Shown one piece after another: positions 41,069-56,300 of a stretch of DNA of 64,000 bases. Under the pieces are notes generated by a model. It did no database searches. It saw only the letters and a list, made by a program, of their open reading frames with translations, and had not been told where the DNA came from. Origin of the DNA: Auanema rhodensis (taxonomy: Eukaryota; Animalia; Nematoda); NCBI GenBank assembly GCA_964057225.1, contig OZ059896.1:22010001-22074000 (forward strand), read 5' to 3'. The translations under genes and the position numbers were made by a program. Numbering within the stretch: position 1 is the first letter of the stretch; each line of letters opens with the position of its first letter.

Positions 41069-43174
41069 ACTTATATCCTCGATTTTCACCCTGAAGAATT
41101 ATATTTTTCGTTGAATAACATTGTCCATCGTCTTTGCCTTAAAAAAAGGAGTCTAAAAACATCTACTTTTTGTTAAATTATTCTGAAATTTTTTGAAAAC
41201 ATTTTTGTCAAAATGTTTTTGGAAGCAATGTTGATTGTACATGGAAACTCAACATACACTAATGCATCATTTTTCAAACGATCATAACTAATTTTTGTAT
41301 TAAGCGTTTCTCAATGTAGTATAGTGCATTCGATGCGGATTTTTAAGCTGCGTCGATCTGTGTTATCAGATTTGCGCTAGCTTAAAAATGCACCGAGATA
41401 TCAACTGATATAAGTTCACACTTATATCCTCGATTTTCACCCTGAAGAATTGATTTTTTCGTTGAATAACATTGTCCATCGTTTTTGCCTTGAAAAAAGA
41501 AATCTAAAAACATCTACTTTTTGCTAAATTATTCTGAAATTTTTCGAAAAAAGTTTTGTCAAAATGTTTTTGGAAGCAATGTTGATTGTACATGGAAACT
41601 CAACATACACTAAAGCATCATGTTTCAAACGATCATAACTAATTTTTGTATTAAGCGTTTCTCAATGTAGTATAGTGTATTCGATGCGGATTTTTAAGCT
41701 GCGTCGATCTGTGTTATCAGATTTGCGCTAGCTTAAAAATGCACCGAGATATCAACTGATATAAGTTCACACTTATATCCTCGATTTTCACCCTGAAGAA
41801 TTGTATTTTTCGTTGAATAACATTGTCCATCGTCTTTGCCTTAAAAAAAGGAGTCTAAAAACATCTACTTTTTGTTAAATTATTCTGAAATTTTTTGAAA
41901 ACATTTTTGTCAAAATGTTTTTGGAAGCAATGTTGATTGTACATGGAAACTCAACATACACTAATGCATCATTTTTCAAACGATCATAACTAATTTTTGT
42001 ATTAAGCGTTTCTCAATGTAGTATAGTGCATTCGATGCGGATTTTTAAGCTGCGTCGATCTGTGTTATCAGATTTGCGCTAGCTTAAAAATGCACCGAGA
42101 TATCAACTGATATAAGTTCACACTTATATCCTCGATTTTCACCCTGAAGAATTGATTTTTTCGTTGAATAACATTGTCCATCGTTTTTGCCTTGAAAAAA
42201 GAAATCTAAAAACATCTACTTTTTGCTAAATTATTCTGAAATTTTTCGAAAAAAGTTTTGTCAAAATGTTTTTGGAAGCAATGTTGATTGTACATGGAAA
42301 CTCAACATACACTAAAGCATCATGTTTCAAACGATCATAACTAATTTTTGTATTAAGCGTTTCTCAATGTAGTATAGTGTATTCGATGCGGATTTTTAAG
42401 CTGCGTCGATCTGTGTTATCAGATTTGCGCTAGCTTAAAAATGCACCGAGATATCAACTGATATAAGTTCACACTTATATCCTCGATTTTCACCCTGAAG
42501 AATTATATTTTTCGTTGAATAACATTGTCCATCGTCTTTGCCTTAAAAAAAGGAGTCTAAAAACATCTACTTTTTGTTAAATTATTCTGAAATTTTTTGA
42601 AAACATTTTTGTCAAAATGTTTTTGGAAGCAATGTTGATTGTACATGGAAACTCAACATACACTAATGCATCATTTTTCAAACGATCATAACTAATTTTT
42701 GTATTAAGCGTTTCTCAATGTAGTATAGTGCATTCGATGCGGATTTTTAAGCTGCGTCGATCTGTGTTATCAGATTTGCGCTAGCTTAAAAATGCACCGA
42801 GATATCAACTGATATAAGTTCACACTTATATCCTCGATTTTCACCCTGAAGAATTGATTTTTTCGTTGAATAACATTGTCCATCGTTTTTGCCTTGAAAA
42901 AAGAAATCTAAAAACATCTACTTTTTGCTAAATTATTCTGAAATTTTTCGAAAAAAGTTTTGTCAAAATGTTTTTGGAAGCAATGTTGATTGTACATGGA
43001 AACTCAACATACACTAAAGCATCATGTTTCAAACGATCATAACTAATTTTTGTATTAAGCGTTTCTCAATGTAGTATAGTGTATACGATGCGGATTTTTA
43101 AGCTGCGTCGATCTGTGTTATCAGATTTGCGCTAGCTTAAAAATGCACCGAGATATCAACTGATATAAGTTCAC
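41069..43174. repeat. 702-bp dimer higher-order repeat, three copies
   Basis: GGAGTC/TATTTTT monomers alternate with TAAAGCATCATGTTT monomers at 702-bp spacing. Confidence 0.85.
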
Positions 43175-46100
43175 ACTTATATCCTCGATTTTCACCCTGA
43201 AGAATTAATTTTTTCGTCGAATAACATTGTCCATCGTCTTTGCTTTGAAAAAAGGAATCTAAAAACATCTACTTTTTGCTAAATTATTTTGAAATTTTTC
43301 GAAAAAATTTTTGTCAAAATGTTTTTGGAAGCAATGTTGAGTGTACATGGAAACTCAACATACACTAATGCATCATGTTTCAAACGATCATAACTAATTT
43401 TTGTATTAAGCGTTTCTCAATGTAGTATAGTGCATTCGATGCGGATTTTTGAGCTGCGTCGATCTGTGTTATCAGATTTGCGCTAGCTTAAAAATGCACC
43501 GAGATATCAACTGATATAAGTTTACACTTATATCCTCGATTTTCACCCTGAAGAATTAATTTTTTCGTCGAATAACATTGTCCATCGTCTTTGCTTTGAA
43601 AAAAGGAATCTAAAAACATCTACTTTTTGCTAAATTATTTTGAAATTTTTCGAAAAAATTTTTGTCAAAATGTTTTTGGAAGCAATGTTGAGTGTACATG
43701 GAAACTCAACATACACTAATGCATCATTTTTCAAACGATCATAACTAATTTTTGTATTAAGCGTTTCTCAATGTAGTATAGTGCATTCGATGCGGATTTT
43801 TAAGCTGCGTCGATCTGTGTTATCAGATTTGCGCTAGCTTAAAAATGCACCGAGATATCAACTGATATAAGTTCACACTTATAGCCTCGATTTTCACCCT
43901 GAAGAATTAATTTTTTCGTTGAAAAACATTGTCCATCGTCTTTGCTTTGAAAAAAGGAATCTAAAAACATCTACTTTTTGCTAAATTATTTTGAAATTTT
44001 TCGAAAAAATTTTTGTCAAAATGTTTTTGGAAGCAATGTTGATTGTACATGGAAACTCAACATACACTAATGCATCATTTTTCAAACGATCATAACTAAT
44101 TTTTGTATTAAGCGTTTCTCAATGTAGTATAGTGCATTCGATGCGGATTTTTAAGCTGCGTCGATCTGTGTTATCAGATTTGCGCTAGCTTAAAAATGCA
44201 CCGAGATATCAACTGATATAAGTTCACACTTATATCCTCGATTTTCACCCTGAAGAATTAATTTTTTCGTCGAATAACATTGTCCATCGTCTTTGCTTTG
44301 AAAAAAGGAATCTAAAAACATCTACTTTTTGCTAAATTATTCTGAAATTTTTTGAAAACATTTTTGTCAAAATGTTTTTGGAAGCAATGTTGTTTGTACA
44401 TGGAAACTCAACATACACTAATGCATCATTTTTCAAACGATCATAACTAATTTTTGTATTAAGCGTTTCTCAATGTAGTATAGTGCATTTGATGCGGATT
44501 TTTAAGCTGCGTCGATCTGTGTTATCAGATTTGCGCTAGCTTAAAAATGCACCGAGATATCAACTGATATAAGTTCACACTTATATCCTCGATTTTCACC
44601 CTGAAGAATTAATTTTTTCGTTGAATAACATTGTCCATCGTCTTTGCTTTGAAAAAAGGAATCTAAAAACATCTACTTTTTGCTAAATTATTTTGAAATT
44701 TTTCGAAAAAATTTTTGTCAAAATGTTTTTGGAAGCAATGTTGATTGTACATGGAAACTCAACATACACTAATGCATCATTTTTCAAACGATCATAACTA
44801 ATTTTTGTATTAAGCGTTTCTCAATGTAGTATAGTGCATTCGATGCGGATTTTTAAGCTGCGTCGATCTGTGTTATCAGATTTGCGCTAGCTTAAAAATG
44901 CACCGAGATATCAACTGATATAAGTTCACACTTATAGCCTCGATTTTCACCCTGAAGAATTAATTTTTTCGTTGAATAACATTGTCCATCGTCTTTGCTT
45001 TGAAAAAAGGAATCTAAAAACATCTACTTTTTGCTAAATTATTTTGAAATTTTTCGAAAAAATTTTTGTCAAAATGTTTTTGGAAGCAATGTTGATTGTA
45101 CATGGAAACTCAACATACACTAATGCATCATTTTTCAAACGATCATAACTAATTTTTGTATTAAGCGTTTCTCAATGTAGTATAGTGCATTCGATGCGGA
45201 TTTTTAAGCTGCGTCGATCTGCGTTATCAGATTTGCGCTAGCTTAAAAATGCACCGAGATATCAACTGATATAAGTTCACACTTATATCCTCGATTTTCA
45301 CCCTGAAGAATTAATTTTTTCGTCGAATAACATTGTCCATCGTCTTTGCTTTGAAAAAAGGAATCTAAAAACATCTACTTTTTGCTAAATTATTCTGAAA
45401 TTTTTTGAAAACATTTTTGTCAAAATGTTTTTGGAAGCAATGTTGTTTGTACATGGAAACTCAACATACACTAATGCATCATTTTTCAAACGATCATAAC
45501 TAATTTTTGTATTAAGCGTTTCTCAATGTAGTATAGTGCATTTGATGCGGATTTTTAAGCTGCGTCGATCTGTGTTATCAGATTTGCGCTAGCTTAAAAA
45601 TGCACCGAGATATCAACTGATATAAGTTCACACTTATATCCTCGATTTTCACCCTGAAGAATTAATTTTTTCGTTGAATAACATTGTCCATCGTCTTTGC
45701 TTTGAAAAAAGGAATCTAAAAACATCTACTTTTTGCTAAATTATTTTGAAATTTTTCGAAAAAATTTTTGTCAAAATGTTTTTGGAAGCAATGTTGATTG
45801 TACATGGAAACTCAACATACACTAATGCATCATTTTTCAAACGATCATAACTAATTTTTGTATTAAGCGTTTCTCAATGAAGTATAGTGCATTCGATGCG
45901 GATTTTTAAGCTGCGTCGATCTGTGTTATCAGATTTGCGCTAGCTTAAAAATGCACCGAGATATCAACTGATATAAGTTCACACTTATATCCTCGATTTT
46001 CACCCTGAAGAATTAATTTTTTCGTCGAATAACATTGTCCATCGTCTTTGCTTTGAAAAAAGGAATCTAAAAACATCTACTTTTTGCTAAATTATTCTGA

Positions 46101-47386
46101 AATTTTTTGAAAACATTTTTGTCAAAATGTTTTTGGAAGCAATGTTGATTGTACATGGAAACTCAACATACACTAATGCATCATTTTTCAAACGATCATA
46201 ACTAATTTTTGTATTAAGCGTTTCTCAATGTAGTATAGTGCATTCGATGCGGATTTTTAAGCTGCGTCGATCTGTGTTATCAGATTTGCGCTAGCTTAAA
46301 AATGCACCGAGATATCAACTGATATAAGTTCACACTTATATCCTCGATTTTCACCCTGAAGAATTAATTTTTTCGTCGAATAACATTGTCCATCGTCTTT
46401 GCTTTGAAAAAAGGAATCTAAAAACATCTACTTTTTGCTAAATTATTCTGAAATTTTTTGAAAACATTTTTGTCAAAATGTTTTTGGAAGCAATGTTGTT
46501 TGTACATGGAAACTCAACATACACTAATGCATCATTTTTCAAACGATCATAACTAATTTTTGTATTAAGCGTTTCTCAATGTAGTATAGTGCATTTGATG
46601 CGGATTTTTAAGCTGCGTCGATCTGTGTTATCAGATTTGCGCTAGCTTAAAAATGCACCGAGATATCAACTGATATAAGTTCACACTTATATCCTCGATT
46701 TTCACCCTGAAGAATTAATTTTTTCGTTGAATAACATTGTCCATCGTTTTTGCCTTGAAAAAAGAAATCTAAAAACATCTACTTTTTGCTAAATTATTCT
46801 GAAATTTTTCGAAAAAAGTTTTGTCAAAATGTTTTTGGAAGCAATGTTGATTGTACATGGAAACTCAACATACACTAATGCATCATTTTTCAAACGATCA
46901 TAACTAATTTTTGTATTAAGCGTTTCTCAATGTAGTATAGTGTATTCGATGCGGATTTTTAAGCTGCGTCGATCTGTGTTATCAGATTTGCGCTAGCTTA
47001 AAAATGCACCGAGATATCAACTGATATAAGTTCACACTTATATCCTCGATTTTCACCCTGAAGAATTAATTTTTTCGTCGAATAACATTGTCCATCGTCT
47101 TTGCTTTGAAAAAAGGAATCTAAAAACATCTACTTTTTGCTAAATTATTTTGAAATTTTTCGAAAAAATTTTTGTCAAAATGTTTTTGGAAGCAATGTTG
47201 AGTGTACATGGAAACTCAACATACACTAATGCATCATGTTTCAAACGATCATAACTAATTTTTGTATTAAGCGTTTCTCAATGTAGTATAGTGCATTCGA
47301 TGCGGATTTTTAAGCTGCGTCGATCTGTGTTATCAGATTTGCGCTAGCTTAAAAATGCACCGAGATATCAACTGATATATGTTCAC

Positions 47387-50300
47387 ACTTATATCCTCGA
47401 TTTTCACCCTGAAGAATTAATTTTTCGTTGAATAACATTGTCCATCGTCTTTGCCTTAAAAAAAGGAGTCTAAAAACATCTACTTTTTGTTAAATTATTC
47501 TGAAATTTTTTGAAAACATTTTTGTCAAAATGTTTTTGGAAGCAATGTTGATTGTACATGGAAACTCAACATACACTAATGCATCATTTTTCAAACGATC
47601 ATAACTAATTTTTGTATCAAGCGTTTCTCAATGTAGTATAGTGCATTCGATGCGGATTTTTAAGCTGCGTCGATCTGTGTTATCAGATTTGCGCTAGCTT
47701 AAAAATGCACCGAGATATCAACTGATATAAGTTCACACTTATATCCTCGATTTTCACCCTGAAGAATTGATTTTTTCGTTGAATAACATTGTCCATCGTT
47801 TTTGCCTTGAAAAAAGAAATCTAAAAACATCTACTTTTTGCTAAATTATTCTGAAATTTTTCGAAAAAAGTTTTGTCAAAATGTTTTTGGAAGCAATGTT
47901 GATTGTACATGGAAACTCAACATACACTAATGCATCATTTTTCAAACGATCATAACTAATTTTTGTATTAAGCGTTTCTCAATGTAGTATAGTGCATTCG
48001 ATGCGGATTTTTAAGCTGCGTCGATCTGTGTTATCAGATTTGCGCTAGCTTAAAAATGCACCGAGATATCAACTGATATAAGTTCACACTTATATCCTCG
48101 ATTTTCACCCTGAAGAATTAATTTTTTCGTTGAATAACATTGTCCATCGTCTTTGCCTTAAAAAAAGGAGTCTAAAAACATCTACTTTTTGTTAAATTAT
48201 TCTGAAATTTTTTGAAAACATTTTTGTCAAAATGTTTTTGGAAGCAATGTTGATTGTACATGGAAACTCAACATACACTAATGCATCATTTTTCAAACGA
48301 TCATAACTAATTTTTGTATTAAGCGTTTCTCAGTGTAGTATAGTGCATTCGATGCGGATTTTTAAGCTGCGTCGATCTGTGTTATCAGATTTGCGCTAGC
48401 TTAAAAATGCACCGAGATATCAACTGATATAAGTTCACACTTATATCCTCGATTTTCACCCTGAAGAATTAATTTTTTCGTTGAATAACATTGTCCATCG
48501 TCTTTGCCTTAAAAAAAGGAATCTAAAAACATCTACTTTTTGCTAAATTATTCTGAAATTTTTTGAAAACATTTTTGTCAAAATGTTTTTGGAAGCAATG
48601 TTGTTTGTACATGGAAACTCAACATACACTAATGCATCATTTTTCAAACGATCATAACTAATTTTTGTATTAAGCGTTTCTCAATGTAGTATAGTGCATT
48701 TGATGCGGATTTTTAAGCTGCGTCGATCTGTGTTATCAGATTTGCGCTAGCTTAAAAATGCACCGAGATATCAACTGATATAAGTTCACACTTATATCCT
48801 CGATTTTCACCCTGAAGAATTAATTTTTTCGTTGAATAACATTGTCCATCGTTTTTGCCTTGAAAAAAGAAATCTAAAAACATCTACTTTTTGCTAAATT
48901 ATTCTGAAATTTTTTGAAAACATTTTTGTCAAAATGTTTTTGGAAGCAATGTTGAGTGTACATGGAAACTCAACATACACTAATGCATCATTTTTCAAAC
49001 GATCATAACTAATTTTTGTATTAAGCGTTTCTCAATGTAGTATAGTGTATTCGATGCGGATTTTTAAGCTGCGTCGATCTGTGTTATCAGATTTGCGCTA
49101 GCTTAAAAATGCACCGAGATATCAACTGATATAAGTTCACACTTATATCCTCGATTTTCACCCTGAAGAATTAATTTTTTCGTTGAATAACATTGTCCAT
49201 CGTTTTTGCCTTGAAAAAAGAAATCTAAAAACATCTACTTTTTGCTAAATTATTCTGAAATTTTTCGAAAAAAGTTTTGTCAAAATGTTTTTGGAAGCAA
49301 TGTTGATTGTACATGGAAACTCAACATACACTAATGCATCATTTTTCAAACGATCATAACTAATTTTTGTATTAAGCGTTTCTCAATGTAGTATAGTGTA
49401 TTCGATGCGGATTTTTAAGCTGCGTCGATCTGTGTTATCAGATTTGCGCTAGCTTAAAAATGCACCGAGATATCAACTGATATAAGTTCACACTTATATC
49501 CTCGATTTTCACCCTGAAGAATTAATTTTTTCGTCGAATAACATTGTCCATCGTCTTTGCCTTAAAAAAAGGAGTCTAAAAACATCTACTTTTTGTTAAA
49601 TTATTCTGAAATTTTTTGAAAACATTTTTGTCAAAATGTTTTTGGAAGCAATGTTGATTGTACATGGAAACTCAACATACACTAAGGCATCATTTTTCAA
49701 ACGATCATAACTAATTTTTGTATTAAGCGTTTCTCAATGTAGTATAGTGCATTCGATGCGGATTTTTAAGCTGCGTCGATCTGTGTTATCAGATTTGCGC
49801 TAGCTTAAAAATGCACCGAGATATCAACTGATATAAGTTCACACTTATATCCTCGATTTTCACCCTGAAGAATTGATTTTTTCGTTGAATAACATTGTCC
49901 ATCGTTTTTGCCTTGAAAAAAGAAATCTAAAAACATCTACTTTTTGCTAAATTATTTTGAAATTTTTCGAAAAAATTTTTGTCAAAATGTTTTTGGAAGC
50001 AATGTTGATTGTACATGGAAACTCAACATACACTAATGCATCATTTTTCAAACGATCATAACTAATTTTTGTATTAAGCGTTTCTCAATGTAGTATAGTG
50101 CATTTGATGCGGATTTTTAAGCTGCGTCGATCTGTGTTATCAGATTTGCGCTAGCTTAAAAATGCACCGAGATATCAACTGATATAAGTTCACACTTATA
50201 TCCTCGATTTTCACCCTGAAGAATTAATTTTTTCGTTGAATAACATTGTCCATCGTTTTTGCCTTGAAAAAAGAAATCTAAAAACATCTACTTTTTGCTA

Positions 50301-53300
50301 AATTATTCTGAAATTTTTCGAAAAAAGTTTTGTCAAAATGTTTTTGGAAGCAATGTTGATTGTACATGGAAACTCAACATACACTAATGCATCATTTTTC
50401 AAACGATCATAACTAATTTTTGTATTAAGCGTTTCTCAATGTAGTATAGTGTATTCGATGCGGATTTTTAAGCTGCGTCGATCTGTGTTATCAGATTTGC
50501 GCTAGCTTAAAAATGCACCGAGATATCAACTGATATAAGTTCACACTTATATCCTCGATTTTCACCCTGAAGAATTAATTTTTTCGTCGAATAACATTGT
50601 CCATCGTCTTTGCTTTAAAAAAAGGAATCTAAAAACATCTACTTTTTGCTAAATTATTCTGAAATTTTTTGAAAACATTTTTGTCAAAATGTTTTTGGAA
50701 GCAATGTTGTTTGTACATGGAAACTCAACATACACTAATGCATCATTTTTCAAACGATCATAACTAATTTTTGTATTAAGCGTTTCTCAATGTAGTATAG
50801 TGCATTCGATGCGGATTTTTGAGCTGCGTCGATCTGTGTTATCAGATTTGCGCTAGCTTAAAAATGCACCGAGATATCAACTGATATAAGTTCACACTTA
50901 TATCCTCGATTTTCACCCTGAAGAATTAATTTTTTCGTCGAATAACATTGTCCATCGTCTTTGCTTTAAAAAAAGAAATCTAAAAACATCTACTTTTTGC
51001 TAAATTATTCTGAAATTTTTCGAAAAAAGTTTTGTCAAAATGTTTTTGGAAGCAATGTTGATTGTACATGGAAACTCAACATACACTAATGCATCATTTT
51101 TCAAACGATCATAACTAATTTTTGTATTAAGCGTTTCTCAATGTAGTATAGTGTATTCGATGCGGATTTTTAAGCTGCGTCGATCTGTGTTATCAGATTT
51201 GCGCTAGCTTAAAAATGCACCGAGATATCAACTGATATAAGTTCACACTTATATCCTCGATTTTCACCCTGAAGAATTAATTTTTTCGTTGAATAACATT
51301 GTCCATCGTTTTTGCCTTGAAAAAAGAAATCTAAAAACATCTACTTTTTGCTAAATTATTCTGAAATTTTTCGAAAAAAGTTTTGTCAAAATGTTTTTGG
51401 AAGCAATGTTGATTGTACATGGAAACTCAACATACACTAATGCATCATTTTTCAAACGATCATAACTAATTTTTGTATTAAGCGTTTCTCAATGTAGTAT
51501 AGTGTATTCGATGCGGATTTTTAAGCTGCGTCGATCTGTGTTATCAGATTTGCGCTAGCTTAAAAATGCACCGAGATATCAACTGATATAAGTTCACACT
51601 TATATCCTCGATTTTCACCCTGAAGAATTAATTTTTTCGTCGAATAACATTGTCCATCGTCTTTGCCTTAAAAAAAGGAGTCTAAAAACATCTACTTTTT
51701 GTTAAATTATTCTGAAATTTTTTGAAAACATTTTTGTCAAAATGTTTTTGGAAGCAATGTTGATTGTACATGGAAACTCAACATACACTAAGGCATCATT
51801 TTTCAAACGATCATAACTAATTTTTGTATTAAGCGTTTCTCAATGTAGTATAGTGCATTCGATGCGGATTTTTAAGCTGCGTCGATCTGTGTTATCAGAT
51901 TTGCGCTAGCTTAAAAATGCACCGAGATATCAACTGATATAAGTTCACACTTATATCCTCGATTTTCACCCTGAAGAATTGATTTTTTCGTTGAATAACA
52001 TTGTCCATCGTTTTTGCCTTGAAAAAAGAAATCTAAAAACATCTACTTTTTGCTAAATTATTTTGAAATTTTTCGAAAAAATTTTTGTCAAAATGTTTTT
52101 GGAAGCAATGTTGATTGTACATGGAAACTCAACATACACTAATGCATCATTTTTCAAACGATCATAACTAATTTTTGTATTAAGCGTTTCTCAATGTAGT
52201 ATAGTGCATTTGATGCGGATTTTTAAGCTGCGTCGATCTGTGTTATCAGATTTGCGCTAGCTTAAAAATGCACCGAGATATCAACTGATATAAGTTCACA
52301 CTTATATCCTCGATTTTCACCCTGAAGAATTAATTTTTTCGTTGAATAACATTGTCCATCGTTTTTGCCTTGAAAAAAGAAATCTAAAAACATCTACTTT
52401 TTGCTAAATTATTCTGAAATTTTTCGAAAAAAGTTTTGTCAAAATGTTTTTGGAAGCAATGTTGATTGTACATGGAAACTCAACATACACTAATGCATCA
52501 TTTTTCAAACGATCATAACTAATTTTTGTATTAAGCGTTTCTCAATGTAGTATAGTGTATTCGATGCGGATTTTTAAGCTGCGTCGATCTGTGTTATCAG
52601 ATTTGCGCTAGCTTAAAAATGCACCGAGATATCAACTGATATAAGTTCACACTTATATCCTCGATTTTCACCCTGAAGAATTAATTTTTTCGTCGAATAA
52701 CATTGTCCATCGTCTTTGCTTTAAAAAAAGGAATCTAAAAACATCTACTTTTTGCTAAATTATTCTGAAATTTTTTGAAAACATTTTTGTCAAAATGTTT
52801 TTGGAAGCAATGTTGTTTGTACATGGAAACTCAACATACACTAATGCATCATTTTTCAAACGATCATAACTAATTTTTGTATTAAGCGTTTCTCAATGTA
52901 GTATAGTGCATTCGATGCGGATTTTTGAGCTGCGTCGATCTGTGTTATCAGATTTGCGCTAGCTTAAAAATGCACCGAGATATCAACTGATATAAGTTCA
53001 CACTTATATCCTCGATTTTCACCCTGAAGAATTAATTTTTTCGTCGAATAACATTGTCCATCGTCTTTGCTTTAAAAAAAGAAATCTAAAAACATCTACT
53101 TTTTGCTAAATTATTCTGAAATTTTTCGAAAAAAGTTTTGTCAAAATGTTTTTGGAAGCAATGTTGATTGTACATGGAAACTCAACATACACTAATGCAT
53201 CATTTTTCAAACGATCATAACTAATTTTTGTATTAAGCGTTTCTCAATGTAGTATAGTGTATTCGATGCGGATTTTTAAGCTGCGTCGATCTGTGTTATC

Positions 53301-56300
53301 AGATTTGCGCTAGCTTAAAAATGCACCGAGATATCAACTGATATAAGTTCACACTTATATCCTCGATTTTCACCCTGAAGAATTAATTTTTCGTTGAATA
53401 ACATTGTCCATCGTCTTTGCCTTAAAAAAAGGAGTCTAAAAACATCTACTTTTTGTTAAATTATTCTGAAATTTTTTGAAAACATTTTTGTCAAAATGTT
53501 TTTGGAAGCAATGTTGATTGTACATGGAAACTCAACATACACTAATGCATCATTTTTCAAACGATCATAACTAATTTTTGTATCAAGCGTTTCTCAATGT
53601 AGTATAGTGCATTCGATGCGGATTTTTAAGCTGCGTCGATCTGTGTTATCAGATTTGCGCTAGCTTAAAAATGCACCGAGATATCAACTGATATAAGTTC
53701 ACACTTATATCCTCGATTTTCACCCTGAAGAATTGATTTTTTCGTTGAATAACATTGTCCATCGTTTTTGCCTTGAAAAAAGAAATCTAAAAACATCTAC
53801 TTTTTGCTAAATTATTCTAAAATTTTTCGAAAAAAGTTTTGTCAAAATGTTTTTGGAAGCAATGTTGATTGTACATGGAAACTCAACATACACTAATGCA
53901 TCATTTTTCAAACGATCATAACTAATTTTTGTATTAAGCGTTTCTCAATGTAGTATAGTGCATTCGATGCGGATTTTTAAGCTGCGTCGATCTGTGTTAT
54001 CAGATTTGCGCTAGCTTAAAAATGCACCGAGATATCAACTGATATAAGTTCACACTTATATCCTCGATTTTCACCCTGAAGAATTAATTTTTTCGTTGAA
54101 TAACACTGTCCATCGTCTTTGCCTTAAAAAAAGGAGTCTAAAAACATCTACTTTTTGTTAAATTATTCTGAAATTTTTTGAAAACATTTTTGTCAAAATG
54201 TTTTTGGAAGCAATGTTGATTGTACATGGAAACTCAACATACACTAATGCATCATTTTTCAAACGATCATAACTAATTTTTGTATTAAGCGTTTCTCAGT
54301 GTAGTATAGTGCATTCGATGCGGATTTTTAAGCTGCGTCGATCTGTGTTATCAGATTTGCGCTAGCTTAAAAATGCACCGAGATATCAACTGATATAAGT
54401 TCACACTTATATCCTCGATTTTCACCCTGAAGAATTAATTTTTTCGTTGAATAACATTGTCCATCGTCTTTGCCTTAAAAAAAGGAATCTAAAAACATCT
54501 ACTTTTTGCTAAATTATTCTGAAATTTTTTGAAAACATTTTTGTCAAAATGTTTTTGGAAGCAATGTTGTTTGTACATGGAAACTCAACATACACTAATG
54601 CATCATTTTTCAAACGATCATAACTAATTTTTGTATTAAGCGTTTCTCAATGTAGTATAGTGCATTTGATGCGGATTTTTAAGCTGCGTCGATCTGTGTT
54701 ATCAGATTTGCGCTAGCTTAAAAATGCACCGAGATATCAACTGATATAAGTTCACACTTATATCCTCGATTTTCACCCTGAAGAATTAATTTTTTCGTTG
54801 AATAACATTGTCCATCGTTTTTGCCTTGAAAAAAGAAATCTAAAAACATCTACTTTTTGCTAAATTATTCTGAAATTTTTTGAAAACATTTTTGTCAAAA
54901 TGTTTTTGGAAGCAATGTTGAGTGTACATGGAAACTCAACATACACTAATGCATCATTTTTCAAACGATCATAACTAATTTTTGTATTAAGCGTTTCTCA
55001 ATGTAGTATAGTGTATTCGATGCGGATTTTTAAGCTGCGTCGATCTGTGTTATCAGATTTGCGCTAGCTTAAAAATGCACCGAGATATCAACTGATATAA
55101 GTTCACACTTATATCCTCGATTTTCACCCTGAAGAATTAATTTTTTCGTTGAATAACATTGTCCATCGTTTTTGCCTTGAAAAAAGAAATCTAAAAACAT
55201 CTACTTTTTGCTAAATTATTCTGAAATTTTTCGAAAAAAGTTTTGTCAAAATGTTTTTGGAAGCAATGTTGATTGTACATGGAAACTCAACATACACTAA
55301 TGCATCATTTTTCAAACGATCATAACTAATTTTTGTATTAAGCGTTTCTCAATGTAGTATAGTGTATTCGATGCGGATTTTTAAGCTGCGTCGATCTGTG
55401 TTATCAGATTTGCGCTAGCTTAAAAATGCACCGAGATATCAACTGATATAAGTTCACACTTATATCCTCGATTTTCACCCTGAAGAATTAATTTTTTCGT
55501 CGAATAACATTGTCCATCGTCTTTGCCTTAAAAAAAGGAGTCTAAAAACATCTACTTTTTGTTAAATTATTCTGAAATTTTTTGAAAACATTTTTGTCAA
55601 AATGTTTTTGGAAGCAATGTTGATTGTACATGGAAACTCAACATACACTAAGGCATCATTTTTCAAACGATCATAACTAATTTTTGTATTAAGCGTTTCT
55701 CAATGTAGTATAGTGCATTCGATGCGGATTTTTAAGCTGCGTCGATCTGTGTTATCAGATTTGCGCTAGCTTAAAAATGCACCGAGATATCAACTGATAT
55801 AAGTTCACACTTATATCCTCGATTTTCACCCTGAAGAATTGATTTTTTCGTTGAATAACATTGTCCATCGTTTTTGCCTTGAAAAAAGAAATCTAAAAAC
55901 ATCTACTTTTTGCTAAATTATTTTGAAATTTTTCGAAAAAATTTTTGTCAAAATGTTTTTGGAAGCAATGTTGATTGTACATGGAAACTCAACATACACT
56001 AATGCATCATTTTTCAAACGATCATAACTAATTTTTGTATTAAGCGTTTCTCAATGTAGTATAGTGCATTTGATGCGGATTTTTAAGCTGCGTCGATCTG
56101 TGTTATCAGATTTGCGCTAGCTTAAAAATGCACCGAGATATCAACTGATATAAGTTCACACTTATATCCTCGATTTTCACCCTGAAGAATTAATTTTTTC
56201 GTTGAATAACATTGTCCATCGTTTTTGCCTTGAAAAAAGAAATCTAAAAACATCTACTTTTTGCTAAATTATTCTGAAATTTTTCGAAAAAAGTTTTGTC

